Assembly (NCBI GenBank): GCA_965203905.1
Contig: CBDBDQ010000005.1
Coordinates: 1,152,001 to 1,216,000 of the forward strand
DNA: 64,000 nucleotides
Reading direction: 5' to 3'
DNA from: Spirochaetia bacterium
GTDB taxonomy: Bacteria; Spirochaetota; Spirochaetia; SZUA-6; Bin103
Shown here: piece after piece, positions 30,947-40,150 of the stretch
Layout: every line of letters begins with the position of its first letter
Numbering within the stretch: position 1 is the stretch's first letter
Position numbers and translations under genes: made by a program
Notes under the pieces: generated by a model
What the model saw: the letters and a program-made list of their open reading frames with translations, nothing else
Told to the model about the DNA's origin: nothing
Database searches by the model: none

Positions 30947-31426
30947 ATGCTACAGACTCACGTACAAACCACCATCAACGGCGAGCCCACCGAATTCCTG
31001 TGCGAGGCGCACCTGAGCCTGCTCGACGTGCTGCGCGACAAGGTCGGTCTCACCGGCACCAAGGAAGGCTGCGCCACCGGCGATTGCGGGGCGTGCACCG
31101 TGGTGATGGACGGCAACATCGTGTGCTCCTGCCTGGTGTTCGCGGTGGAGACAGCCGGGCACGAGATCGAGACGATTGAAGGAGTGGCCAAGGATCAGCA
31201 GCTCCACCCGGTGCAGCAGCAACTGCTGGAGCACGCCGGCCTGCAATGCGGCATCTGCACCCCCGGAGTGGTGGTGGCGGCCAAGGCACTGCTGGAACGC
31301 AATCCCGATCCCACCGAGAAGGAGATCCGCTACTGGCTGTCCGGCAACCTGTGCCGCTGCACCGGCTACGACAAGATCGTGCGCGCGGTGCAGGACGCGG
31401 CGTCGGTGCTGCAGGCCCAGGGCTGA
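30947..31426 (+). CDS. Xanthine/CO dehydrogenase family 2Fe-2S small subunit
   Basis: GTKEGCATGDCGACTV, QCGICTPG, GNLCRCTGY. Confidence 0.95.
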   Translation: MLQTHVQTTINGEPTEFLCEAHLSLLDVLRDKVGLTGTKEGCATGDCGACTVVMDGNIVCSCLVFAVETAGHEIETIEGVAKDQQLHPVQQQLLEHAGLQCGICTPGVVVAAKALLERNPDPTEKEIRYWLSGNLCRCTGYDKIVRAVQDAASVLQAQG

Positions 31427-31448
31427 CCGGGCCCGACAGCGCGAGCCG

Positions 31449-31706
31449 ATGGCCCAGGTGGAGATTCCGACGCGGTTGCTGCCGCGCACCGGCGGTACCA
31501 GCCGCCTGGAAGTGGAGGGGCGCAACGTGCGCCAGGTGCTGCGCGCCCTCGACGAGAAGTTCCCCGGGCTGGTCGACGAGTTGAAGGCCACCACCGCGAT
31601 CGCCATCGACGGCGAGATCATCGGCCAGCGCCTGGAGGACGCGGTGCTGGAGCGGGTGCAGCCTGACAGCGAGGTGTACTTCATCCCCGCCGTAGCCGGC
31701 GGCTGA
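31449..31706 (+). CDS. MoaD/ThiS-family sulfur carrier protein
   Basis: 85 aa with beta-grasp pattern ending IPAVAGG. Confidence 0.85.
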   Translation: MAQVEIPTRLLPRTGGTSRLEVEGRNVRQVLRALDEKFPGLVDELKATTAIAIDGEIIGQRLEDAVLERVQPDSEVYFIPAVAGG

Positions 31707-31800
31707 ACCCGCCCGCACAGGATCGCACCCGGCTCCGCGCGGGTACGGCGCCCACGGTCGCCGCAGCCCCCGATCATACGGCACCATCGAGAGCTGCAAG

Positions 31801-33069
31801 ATGGACGAACTGCACAGCATCATCGAGCGTGTCGCCGCCAGCCCACCGGGGCAGGCGTGCGCGCTGGCGACCCTGGTGCACGTCGACGGCTCCAGCTACC
31901 GCGGGGTCGGGGCGCGGGCGCTGGCCCTGCCCGACGGCGACACCATCGGCCTGATCAGCGGCGGCTGCCTGGAGGGCGACCTGCTGGAACGTGCCGGCGA
32001 GGTGCTGGCCGACGGCCGCGCGCGCACGGTGCGCTACGACTCCACCGCCCCCGAGGACGCACTGCTGGGTCTGGGCCTGGGCTGCAACGGGGTGGTCGAC
32101 GTGCTGCTGGAGCGGGTGCAGGCCACCGACGCTGCGCCCGCCGGCCGCTACCTGCCGCTGCTGGAGCAGGCCCGCTGCGCCGGCCGGCGCAGCGCCCTGG
32201 CGACCGTCTACCGCTCCCCCGAAGCGGGCGAGGTCGGCGCCCGCCTGGCGCTGGTCGAGGAACCGCCGGCGGCGGGTGCTCCGGCGGGTGCTCCGGCGAC
32301 GGACGTCCCGGCCGCGGACGCCCCACCGCCACCGCCGCGCCTGCACGACTTCGGCCACCTGCGCAGCGCGTTGCGCGAGGCACTGAGCCGCGACCTGTCC
32401 GCGCTGCTGAGTGGCGGCCGCTCGCACTCGGCCACGTACCGGGTGGAGGGCGAACCCGTGCAGGTGCTGTTGGAGCTGGTGGAGCCGCCGCTGGCCCTGA
32501 CGGTGTGCGGCGCCGGTCCCGACGCGGAGCCGCTGGTGACCCTGGCCGCCAACCTGGGCTGGGCGCCGGTGGTGTTCGACCACCGCGCCGCGTTCGCCAG
32601 ACCGGAGCGGTTTCCCGGCGCCGCCCGCGTGGCCACCGGCGCGCGCGAGGAGTTCGCCGCCGCGGTGCCGCCGCGCGCCGGCGAGGTCGCGGTGCTGGTG
32701 ACCCACAGCTACCCCACCGACCTGACCTACCTGGAGCAGCTCGCCCCGCGCGACCTGCGCTACATCGGCGTCCTGGGGCCGCGCCGCCGGCTGGAGCGGT
32801 TGCTGGAGGAGCTCGGCCAACGCGCGCCGGCGGCGGGCGCCCTGTACGGCCCGGCCGGCCTGGACATCGGCGCCGATACGCCGGCCGAGATCGCGCTCTC
32901 CATCGTGGCCGAGATCCGGGCGGTGCTGGCCGGCCGCGGCGGCGCCCCGCTGCGCGAGCGCCCGGAACCGATTCACAGCGCCACCGGCGGCGCTGACGTA
33001 GGCGGGAGCGGGACGCGGGTCTCGGCCGGCCCGAGTGGGGCACCCGGCAGCTGCAGCGCCGGTTCCTGA
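31801..33069 (+). CDS. XdhC/CoxI-family molybdenum cofactor insertion chaperone
   Basis: GSSYR, ISGGCLE, GLGCNG, YIGVLG, P.GLDIGA.TPAEIALSI. Confidence 0.92.
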   Translation: MDELHSIIERVAASPPGQACALATLVHVDGSSYRGVGARALALPDGDTIGLISGGCLEGDLLERAGEVLADGRARTVRYDSTAPEDALLGLGLGCNGVVDVLLERVQATDAAPAGRYLPLLEQARCAGRRSALATVYRSPEAGEVGARLALVEEPPAAGAPAGAPATDVPAADAPPPPPRLHDFGHLRSALREALSRDLSALLSGGRSHSATYRVEGEPVQVLLELVEPPLALTVCGAGPDAEPLVTLAANLGWAPVVFDHRAAFARPERFPGAARVATGAREEFAAAVPPRAGEVAVLVTHSYPTDLTYLEQLAPRDLRYIGVLGPRRRLERLLEELGQRAPAAGALYGPAGLDIGADTPAEIALSIVAEIRAVLAGRGGAPLRERPEPIHSATGGADVGGSGTRVSAGPSGAPGSCSAGS

Positions 33070-33076
33070 GCGGGAC

Positions 33077-33694
33077 GTGGCAGGTGGCGCCGGCAGCGAG
33101 CGCGTGGCGGGGGTGATCCTGGCCGCCGGCGCCTCCCAGCGGCTGGGCCGGCCCAAGCAGTTGCTGCGCTACCGCAACGAGACCCTGATCCACCGCACCG
33201 CACGCCTGGCGCGCGCCGCTGGCCTGACACCGCTGCACGTGGTGGTGGGCTACCGCGGCCGCGAGGTGGCCGCCGGCCTCGGCGACCTCGGCCCAGCCGT
33301 GGCGCTGGTGAGCAATCCGGACTGGAGCGCCGGCATGGGCGGCTCGCTGGCGCGCGGGATCGCCAGCCTGCCGGACGCCGCCGGCGCCGCGCTGGTGCTG
33401 GTGACCGATCAGCCGCACCTCTCCGGAGCGGTGCTCGAGGCGATCCTGGAGCGCTACCGGAGCGACGCGGCGCCGCTGGTCGCCTGCCGCTACGGCAGCG
33501 GCGCCCTCGGCGTCCCGGCGCTGTTCGCGCGCCGCTTCTTTCCGGAGCTGGCCGCACTGGCCGGCGACCGCGGCGCCCGCGCCCTGTTTACGCGCCACGC
33601 CGCCGCTCTGACCACGGTCAGCTTCCCGGCCGGCGATGCCGACATCGACACCCCGGCCGACGCCGAGACCCTCGCCGCCGAGGGATCAAAATAA
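33077..33694 (+). CDS. mocA: Molybdenum cofactor cytidylyltransferase-like NTP transferase
   Basis: ILAAGASQRLGRPKQLL, GMGGSL, DQP, GD.GAR, DIDTP.D; follows XdhC. Confidence 0.8.
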   Translation: MAGGAGSERVAGVILAAGASQRLGRPKQLLRYRNETLIHRTARLARAAGLTPLHVVVGYRGREVAAGLGDLGPAVALVSNPDWSAGMGGSLARGIASLPDAAGAALVLVTDQPHLSGAVLEAILERYRSDAAPLVACRYGSGALGVPALFARRFFPELAALAGDRGARALFTRHAAALTTVSFPAGDADIDTPADAETLAAEGSK

Positions 33695-33708
33695 GCGCCC
33701 CCTGCCTG

Positions 33709-33738
33709 TTGCCGGACGTGCGCGCGGAAGGATACACT
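33709..33738 (+). promoter_or_regulatory. Sigma70-like promoter for the structured RNA / DUF3800 unit
   Basis: TTGCCG (33709-33714), 18-nt spacer, TACACT (33733-33738). Confidence 0.5.
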
Positions 33739-33744
33739 TGCTGT

Positions 33745-33815
33745 AACGCGCCTAGGTTGAGCCGCCATGCGTCTCACGCGGGACCTTCCGGTCCCGCCCT
33801 AAGGCGCTATTTTTT
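33745..33815 (+). ncRNA. Candidate structured RNA (three-way junction plus U-tract) upstream of the DUF3800 gene
   Basis: P1 33748-33756/33798-33807, P2 33758-33765/33769-33776, P3 33778-33785/33790-33797, then TATTTTTT. Confidence 0.6.
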
Positions 33816-33817
33816 CC

Positions 33818-34696
33818 ATGAGAATCTGCTACTTGGACGAGTCCGGGACGCCAGCACTGTCGGGGCAGACTAACCACTTTGTGTTCTTGGGTCTTTCCAT
33901 ACTAGATAGTTCTTGGAAGAACAGAGACGCTGAAATCACGGGGATCAAGCGTAGGTATCAACTTGAGGGGAGTGAGATCCATACCGCATGGCTCGCAAGA
34001 CGTTACCAAGAGCAAGAGGTTATACCAGCATTCCAAGACCTGACATACTACGAACGCCGTACTGCCGTGCAAACGGAACGGAACACGCGCTTGGCCCGTC
34101 GGACGGCGATCCGTGGCCGGAATCAGGTCTCCACGCTCCGCAAGAACTTCGCGAAGACGGATGCCTACATTCACCTAACGCACACGGAACGACACTCATT
34201 GCTGTCCGAGTTAGCTGATGCGGTGAACGGGTGGAACGACTGCTTCCTGTTTGTGGAAGCGACCGACAAGACGGCGTTCGCCCGAGTCCCGCCAAGGTCG
34301 CCACCCTTCGAGGAAGGATTCACACAGGTCGTTAGCCGATTTCACAGATGCCTAGAAGCGGAGCAGCAGACCGGTTTGCTGGTTCAGGACAACAACCCGA
34401 CCGTCTCGCGGCGCCTCACGGATCTGATGCGACGCTTTCACGAAGAGGGCACGCGGTGGACGTCGCTACCGAGAATTGTCGAAACCCCACTCTTCGTTGA
34501 CAGTCAACTCACGAGTTTGGTTCAGATGTCGGACCTTTGCGCGTACGCTACCCGCAGGTACCTCGAAAACAGCGAGAGGACGTTGTTCGACAAGATTTCA
34601 TCGCGCTTTTACAGGGTAGGCGACCGCATGGTTGGAGCCAGACACTACGTCGGACCCTCGCGACGGTGTAGCTGCGAATTCTGCCGGCAGCACTAG
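33818..34696 (+). CDS. DUF3800 domain protein
   Basis: N-terminal YLDESG, EIH, C-terminal FVDS...LVQMSDLCAY; lower GC than flanks. Confidence 0.85.
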   Translation: MRICYLDESGTPALSGQTNHFVFLGLSILDSSWKNRDAEITGIKRRYQLEGSEIHTAWLARRYQEQEVIPAFQDLTYYERRTAVQTERNTRLARRTAIRGRNQVSTLRKNFAKTDAYIHLTHTERHSLLSELADAVNGWNDCFLFVEATDKTAFARVPPRSPPFEEGFTQVVSRFHRCLEAEQQTGLLVQDNNPTVSRRLTDLMRRFHEEGTRWTSLPRIVETPLFVDSQLTSLVQMSDLCAYATRRYLENSERTLFDKISSRFYRVGDRMVGARHYVGPSRRCSCEFCRQH

Positions 34697-34764
34697 CTGA
34701 CCACTGCTTCCGTCAGCATTGCGGAAAGGTTCGGCCATGGCAACGTGATAAGAGCCTGTCTGAG

Positions 34765-34820
34765 AGGATTGCGTCGGTCGGCCCCTCGACGGCAGCGGCA
34801 ATCCGTAGCGGCTCAGACAT
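34765..34820 (-). pseudogene. N-terminal remnant of a TOPRIM-like (DUF4276-type) partner of the upstream ATPase
   Basis: MSEPLRIAAAVEGPTD overlaps the ATPase stop; the frame ends after about 35 codons. Confidence 0.55.
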
Positions 34821-35975
34821 CCGGGACGCCGCCGAGATGGCCCATCACCCAGAGGCGTGACAACGTCCAGCCCTGCTTCGCCTTCTTGAGCAGATCATCG
34901 TCGACCGTTACCCGGCGAACCGAAGTGCGGCCGGAACTGGTCCGCGACACCGTAAACAACCGCACGCGGTCATCCTGCAGAGGCAGTCCATCCAGCACGA
35001 GCGGATTGTGAGTGGTAAGAAGTATCTGACGCGGCTCGCTGGCGTCCAGATACCATACGCACAGATGCTCGATGAGTGATCGGCGTTATCCACGGCGCAC
35101 AGCGACGGACTCTCTTCGTGGCCGGAAACGACAGCAAGAAACAGAGCGTACAAGGCTCCTTCAGAAGCGTCATATCCAGACAAGAGACTGCGGTCCTTGC
35201 GCATGAACCGATCGCGGAACCGAATCACGGTATCGGTAGATGCTGCTGCCGGCGAGAGTGGGAGCCGGCCTGCTGAGCCCGCACCGAAAGAAGCCGCCCA
35301 ATCGACCAGACCAAGTACATCGCGACAAACCCGTTGGCTGTGTTCATCCTGGCGCCGTTGTTTGAGCAGCTCCAGGATCGCTCGCGGAAGATCCCCTCCA
35401 GACAGTCCCAACGGTTGTCTCGGTTGGGTCTCTGGCGCGACTCCTCGCAAGACCGGAGTGGTCGGGAAAAAAATGACGTAGCCGTGCAACAACTTCAGCA
35501 GATCAAGTGCGTCTCCATGGGTGACATCGACTGCCCTCAATGCGGCCATTCCCCGGTCCGGATTGCCCTTCTTCTTCGTTGCGGGAGAACGTCCAACCAA
35601 GGGACCGTCGGGGCCTTCCCAATACTCTGTCTTGAATCTCCAGGCGGGCGCCGGATCCTTGAGCGGATTGTGCAACGAGACCTCATACTTCGCTTGCGCA
35701 GCGTATGCGCCAAAAGAGATATGAGACGGAATCTTCTCACCGCGTGTTGCTGGAAACGCCGACTTGTACAATCGTGGAACACCCGGACGTACGCCACGCG
35801 CCAAGAGACTCTGATCGTCGACCTTGCCGTCCGCCGCCGCCGAGAGCACCCCCATGGCTTCCAGCAAGTTGCTCTTTCCGCTGCCATTGGCGCCGATGAA
35901 GACATTGACCATTCCAAGCTCAACGGTCACGTCCTCCAGCGACTTGAATGTTCTGACAGACAGGCTCTCGAGCAT
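34813..35975 (-). pseudogene. AAA/ABC-type ATPase (AAA_15/AAA_21-like), frameshifted near 35076
   Basis: FKSL, GANGSGKSN, SEGAL, VDNADH, then frame switch; LTTHNP and the C-terminus continue in another frame to the stop at 34813. Confidence 0.8.
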
Positions 35976-36201
35976 ACGGATGATCCAGAAAAAACCGGGC
36001 ACCCACCGAAGTCGTGGAGGTGTTCGGGCTGTCCGGCCACAGTATACCACGCGCCCGCACCTTCCGGTTGCGGAGACCAGCCTGAGGGGGTTTGGCCTGG
36101 ACCTCGGTCGACCTATAGCTGCGGCGGCGAGTTTGCTGAGCGTGGCGATGTTCCTTGGATTGGGGCTGGTCAGCTTCGGTCTGATGCTGTACCAGTGAGC
36201 C

Positions 36202-36363
36202 ATGCACGAGGTTTTGAACCACCCCGTAGTATTCGTGGTGGCGCTACTGTGCGCCGCCATAGCACTGACGATCCCATGGAAGCGATGGAAACGGGAGATC
36301 GATGAACGCCGCAAGAACCGGTTACGGGGGCATTCTTTGGCAGCGTCGCGCAAGCCCATGTAG
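36202..36363 (+). CDS. Possible 53-aa single-pass membrane protein
   Basis: MHEVLNHPVVFVVALLCAAIALTIPWKRWKRE...: hydrophobic stretch followed by a basic tail. Confidence 0.3.
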   Translation: MHEVLNHPVVFVVALLCAAIALTIPWKRWKREIDERRKNRLRGHSLAASRKPM

Positions 36364-36383
36364 CGCAACCGGCGCCGTGCGCG

Positions 36384-37358
36384 TCAACCGCCGTCGTCTT
36401 CGAACTGGGCCAGACGGCGCTCCAGTTCCGCGATGCGCTCCTCGGCGGCGGCGCGCTCGGCCCGTTGCCGCTCGTGGGCCGCGTCCTGTTCGGCCAGCGC
36501 GGCGTCCTTCTCGGCCAGCGCCGCGTCCTTCTCGGCCAACGCGGCGTCCTTCTCGGCGAGCGCCGCGTCCTGTTCGGCCCGCTCTCGCGCCAGCGCCGCG
36601 TTCTCGCGCTTCATCCGCCCCCACGTCTCGGTGACCTCGTCCTCCAGCGCCATCGAGTCCGCCACCTCCACGCTCGCCACCGCTCCCTCCAGCCGCCGCA
36701 GCACCGGCCGGTAGCGATCCGGTATCTCCCGCTCGTCCACCTCCAGCACGTGCCGGTCGCCCGGCACCCGCAGCTCCTGGTCGAACACGCTCAGCAGCCG
36801 CTCCAGGTCCGACCTCCGCCGCGACGCCAGCAGCGGCACCTGCACCACCCAGCAGTCGTGGCTCAGCGCTTCCACGAACTCCTCCCGCTCGCTCAGCCGT
36901 TCCCCGCTCACCCCGTCCACGTACTCCCGCGCCACCCGCAGCACCGTCGCCGCCGTGCGCGGCAGGCATTCGCCCAGGATGTAGATCGCACGCAACGGCC
37001 GATGCCGCCGCCGCCCGTCCGCCCCCGGGTCGTAGTTGTCGCGGTCCGCGTAGTGGCGGCCCAGGTACTCCCGGAACCGCATCACCTCGTCGGTGAAGCG
37101 CGCCTTCTGTACTTCCACCAGCACCCGCAGCCGCTCGCCGGCGACCGTGCGCACCGTCGCCGCGAAGTCCACCCGCCGCACCGTCAGCAGCTCCCCCGAC
37201 GGACCCGGCGACGGCGCGCGCATCGAGCGCTCCTGTGGCAGCGCCTGCAGGCTCTCCACCTCCTCGTCCAGCACCGCCCCGACCAGCAGACGGGCGGCTG
37301 CCTGATCGTCCATCAGGTACTTGAAGGCAGCGTCGTACATCGGGTTGGCGATGCGCAT
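36384..37358 (-). CDS. Rpn/PD-(D/E)XK nuclease-like protein with C-terminal heptad repeats
   Basis: IANPMYDAAFKYLM, RVDFAA, LVEVQKA, RFREYLG. Confidence 0.8.
   Translation of the reverse strand: MRIANPMYDAAFKYLMDDQAAARLLVGAVLDEEVESLQALPQERSMRAPSPGPSGELLTVRRVDFAATVRTVAGERLRVLVEVQKARFTDEVMRFREYLGRHYADRDNYDPGADGRRRHRPLRAIYILGECLPRTAATVLRVAREYVDGVSGERLSEREEFVEALSHDCWVVQVPLLASRRRSDLERLLSVFDQELRVPGDRHVLEVDEREIPDRYRPVLRRLEGAVASVEVADSMALEDEVTETWGRMKRENAALARERAEQDAALAEKDAALAEKDAALAEKDAALAEQDAAHERQRAERAAAEERIAELERRLAQFEDDGG
36481..36579. repeat. 21-bp tandem repeat (~4.7 copies) encoding AALAE(K/Q)D
   Basis: Units such as GCGTCCTTCTCGGCCAGCGCC at 36481, 36502, 36523, 36544 and 36565. Confidence 0.9.
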
Positions 37359-37430
37359 CGCTCCCAAATTAGCTCGCAGGCCGGAAGCCGGCAACAGACG
37401 ATGAGGGGATCAGAGGGGATCGGGCTCTCA

Positions 37431-38354
37431 TCAGGAGGCTGCGCCGGCGAGCTTGCGGAACAGGTCGCGGAAGATCGGGTCGCGGTGGACGAAGCTGGCA
37501 CAGCGGATCAGGTGGCGGCGCCGGTCGACGCTCCAGGTGCACTGGTCGGTCAGCAGCGGACTCGGCACCAGCTCGCTCGGCACCCAGCTCGGGTCGAGCA
37601 GCCAGGCGATGGTGGCCACGTCCCACAGCACCCGCGACCAGCCGAAGTGGTCGCCGCGCATCTCCTTGTAGCGGGTTGCCAGGAAAGCGCCGAGCTCGCC
37701 GTGCGGGGCGACGTGGCGCTCGATCTCGGGGACGCTGGTGAGCAGGTGGCTGGTCACGCCCATGCAGGGGACCAGCACCAGCGGCACGCCGCAGTCGAGC
37801 ACGGTGCGGGAGGCGGCGAGGTCCTGGCGCAGGTTGAACTCCCGCGTATCAGGCCAGTGCAGGGCGTGGCCGCCCAGCCACACCACCACGATCTTCTCGA
37901 CCAGCGCCGGCTCCAGCAGCAGCGCCGCGGCGACGTTGGTGATCGCCCCGATCGCCACCACGTAGAGCGGGTCGCCCTCGGGCGCGGCGCGGCCGCGCCC
38001 GATCAGGTCACGCACCGCGGCCGACCCGCTCGGCTCGCCCTCGGGGCCCAGGTATTCGGTGGCACCGCGGAAGGCGAAGCCGTCCGGCGAACGGCCGAGG
38101 CGCTCCAGCAGGCGCAGGATCTCCCGGTAGCTCAGCTCCATGCCGTGCCGCGGCCCGTCGCAGCGCTCGTTGTAGAACGGGGCGGCGTAGATCGCCTCCA
38201 CCGCGAGCCGCTCCGGGGAGAGCAGGGCGTGCACCACGGCGAACTGGTCGTCGGTCTCGTTGTAGGTGTCGGTGTCGAGCACCACCCGCACCCGGCCGGT
38301 GGGCGGGCGCAGCCGCTGCAGCCGGGTCGCCTCGGCAATCTTCGGGAACGTCAT
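37431..38354 (-). CDS. Nucleoside hydrolase (IUNH family)
   Basis: LDTDTYNETDD, IGAITNVA, EFNL.QD, LWDV. Confidence 0.9.
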   Translation of the reverse strand: MTFPKIAEATRLQRLRPPTGRVRVVLDTDTYNETDDQFAVVHALLSPERLAVEAIYAAPFYNERCDGPRHGMELSYREILRLLERLGRSPDGFAFRGATEYLGPEGEPSGSAAVRDLIGRGRAAPEGDPLYVVAIGAITNVAAALLLEPALVEKIVVVWLGGHALHWPDTREFNLRQDLAASRTVLDCGVPLVLVPCMGVTSHLLTSVPEIERHVAPHGELGAFLATRYKEMRGDHFGWSRVLWDVATIAWLLDPSWVPSELVPSPLLTDQCTWSVDRRRHLIRCASFVHRDPIFRDLFRKLAGAAS

Positions 38355-38397
38355 GGCAACTCCCTCAGCCCTCGTCCAGCCCTCGTCCGGCGGCGGT

Positions 38398-38949
38398 TCA
38401 CCACAGGCCGACCTCCGTGCCGGCGCGCCCCAGCTCCTTCCGGTACTCCTCGACAATGCTCTTCAGCGGGTCGGCGGCGCCGAGATGTGCCTTGAGGTCG
38501 CTGCGGAGGAACCCGAACGGTTTGTTCAGGAACGCTTCCTTGTCTTCGCTCGCCGCGTAGTCGGCGTAGCTCTCCACGATCCTGAGGGCCCGGTACAGCA
38601 GGCCGGTGACGCGTCGGCGCTCGCGCTGATGCCGGGTGAGGTAATAGAGGATGTCGGCCCGATCCACCGCCAGCAGGTTGCGCTCCGCCTCCGCCTCGTC
38701 GGTGTAGAAACCGGTGATGAGACCGTGCCACAGCGTCACGTAGATCTTCTGATCGAACTTCCGGCACGGCTTGCAATAGAGTTCCTCGGTCAGCACGCCG
38801 GTGGTGATCCCTGCGGCGGAGACCACGTCGCCCACGCGGTAGGTATCCAGGGTCGAGTCGAGGCTCTTGGTCTGCGTGGATGGTACCGGTTGACCGCACT
38901 GCACGCAGTCGATCGGCTCGGGAAAGACCAGGGTGTCGAACATGCCCAT
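38398..38949 (-). CDS. Hypothetical protein with zinc-ribbon motifs
   Basis: MGMFDT start, CVQC and CKPC, QTK.L...L..Y.VGD. Confidence 0.75.
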   Translation of the reverse strand: MGMFDTLVFPEPIDCVQCGQPVPSTQTKSLDSTLDTYRVGDVVSAAGITTGVLTEELYCKPCRKFDQKIYVTLWHGLITGFYTDEAEAERNLLAVDRADILYYLTRHQRERRRVTGLLYRALRIVESYADYAASEDKEAFLNKPFGFLRSDLKAHLGAADPLKSIVEEYRKELGRAGTEVGLW

Positions 38950-39214
38950 CCCGCCATCTTGCCGCGCCGTGCCTCACCCTGGCAACAGGCTCCGAGCGGC
39001 GGCAAGCGGCGGCGGAGCGAACTTCGGCGCCGAAGTATAGTGACGCATAATGCAAGTACGAGATTGCGGTTGTTGCGTTGCGCGCCCTGAGCCGAGGCGA
39101 GTTGCACGATAGTTGGCACGGAGTGTGTGCGGTGGTCGTTCCGTTCCGAGCGCGTCCCTGGTGCGGAACGCGGGAATGGCGGAACGAGAGCGAGTAGGCA
39201 GGCGACGGTGCCGG

Positions 39215-40150
39215 TCAGGCCGGCAGGTGCCAGCCGTTGGGGCCGCGGACGGCGAGGCCGCGCTGTTCGAGAGTTTGGAGGGCGAGACCGAGACGGGCGT
39301 TGTTGACGCGCAGGCGTTGCCGCAGGGCGGTCCTGGAGAGCGGCTGGCCGGCGCTGCGGAGAGCGGCGCGCACCGCCTCGGCGAGTGGGGGCGGCGGGGC
39401 GGCAGCACTGTCGACGAGCAGCGAGAGGGGCTGGTCGGCGCCGCCGGAGAGGCGCAGCAGGAGCGGGTCGGGAGCGGGAGCGGAGCGATGCTCGACGGTG
39501 AGTTGGAGACGGTCGTCGGCACGCCGCACCAGGTAGCAGGCAGAGTCGGTCCAGGCATGCAGATCGGAGGAGCCGCGCAGGGACTGGCCGAGATTGCGGC
39601 GCGAGCGCTTGGCCAAGTGGTGGACGAGAACCACAGCGAGTTGATAGCGGCGGTTGATGGCGCGCAGAAAGCCGAGCAGGGAAGAGATGTCTGAAGCGCT
39701 GTTCTCGTCGAGACAATGAAGTCGGACCAGGGGATCCAACAGCAGTAGTGCCGGGCGGATCCGTTGCACGGTCTGGTCGAGAGCGAGTTGGTCGCGCTCG
39801 GTATCGAGGCGCAAGCGGTCAGCAGTGACGGCGTGCAGATCGAGGCGAGCCAGATCCAGGCCGCGGTGGCGGCACAGGTGGGCGACACGGTCGCGGACGC
39901 GGGGCAGAGCATCCTCGGCGAGGTAGACCAGAGCGGGTCCGGTGGCCTCGACCGGGAAGCGCCCGAGGGCCGGGGTGCCGGACGCGACCGAGACCGCGAG
40001 GTCAAGGCCGAGCCAGGATTTCCCAACTTTGGGGCTGCCGCCGATCACGCCGACAGCCGCGGTCGTCCAGAGGTCGCGCACCAGCCACTGGGGAGCGTCG
40101 GGCTGGGGATCGATGGCATGCACCGGGACGGTGGGCAGCGGTTTGGTCAT
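39215..40150 (-). CDS. AAA_25 / RSF1010 RepA-like (RecA-fold) helicase-like ATPase with C-terminal HTH
   Basis: WLVRDL, GGSPKVGKS, YLAED, LLLDPL, DEN, LVHH..K, RGSS. Confidence 0.85.
   Translation of the reverse strand: MTKPLPTVPVHAIDPQPDAPQWLVRDLWTTAAVGVIGGSPKVGKSWLGLDLAVSVASGTPALGRFPVEATGPALVYLAEDALPRVRDRVAHLCRHRGLDLARLDLHAVTADRLRLDTERDQLALDQTVQRIRPALLLLDPLVRLHCLDENSASDISSLLGFLRAINRRYQLAVVLVHHLAKRSRRNLGQSLRGSSDLHAWTDSACYLVRRADDRLQLTVEHRSAPAPDPLLLRLSGGADQPLSLLVDSAAAPPPPLAEAVRAALRSAGQPLSRTALRQRLRVNNARLGLALQTLEQRGLAVRGPNGWHLPA

Noticed and set aside
36481-36579. Regular repeats that might be a CRISPR array
   Set aside because: Contiguous 21-bp units with no spacers, in frame inside a CDS; no cas genes in the window
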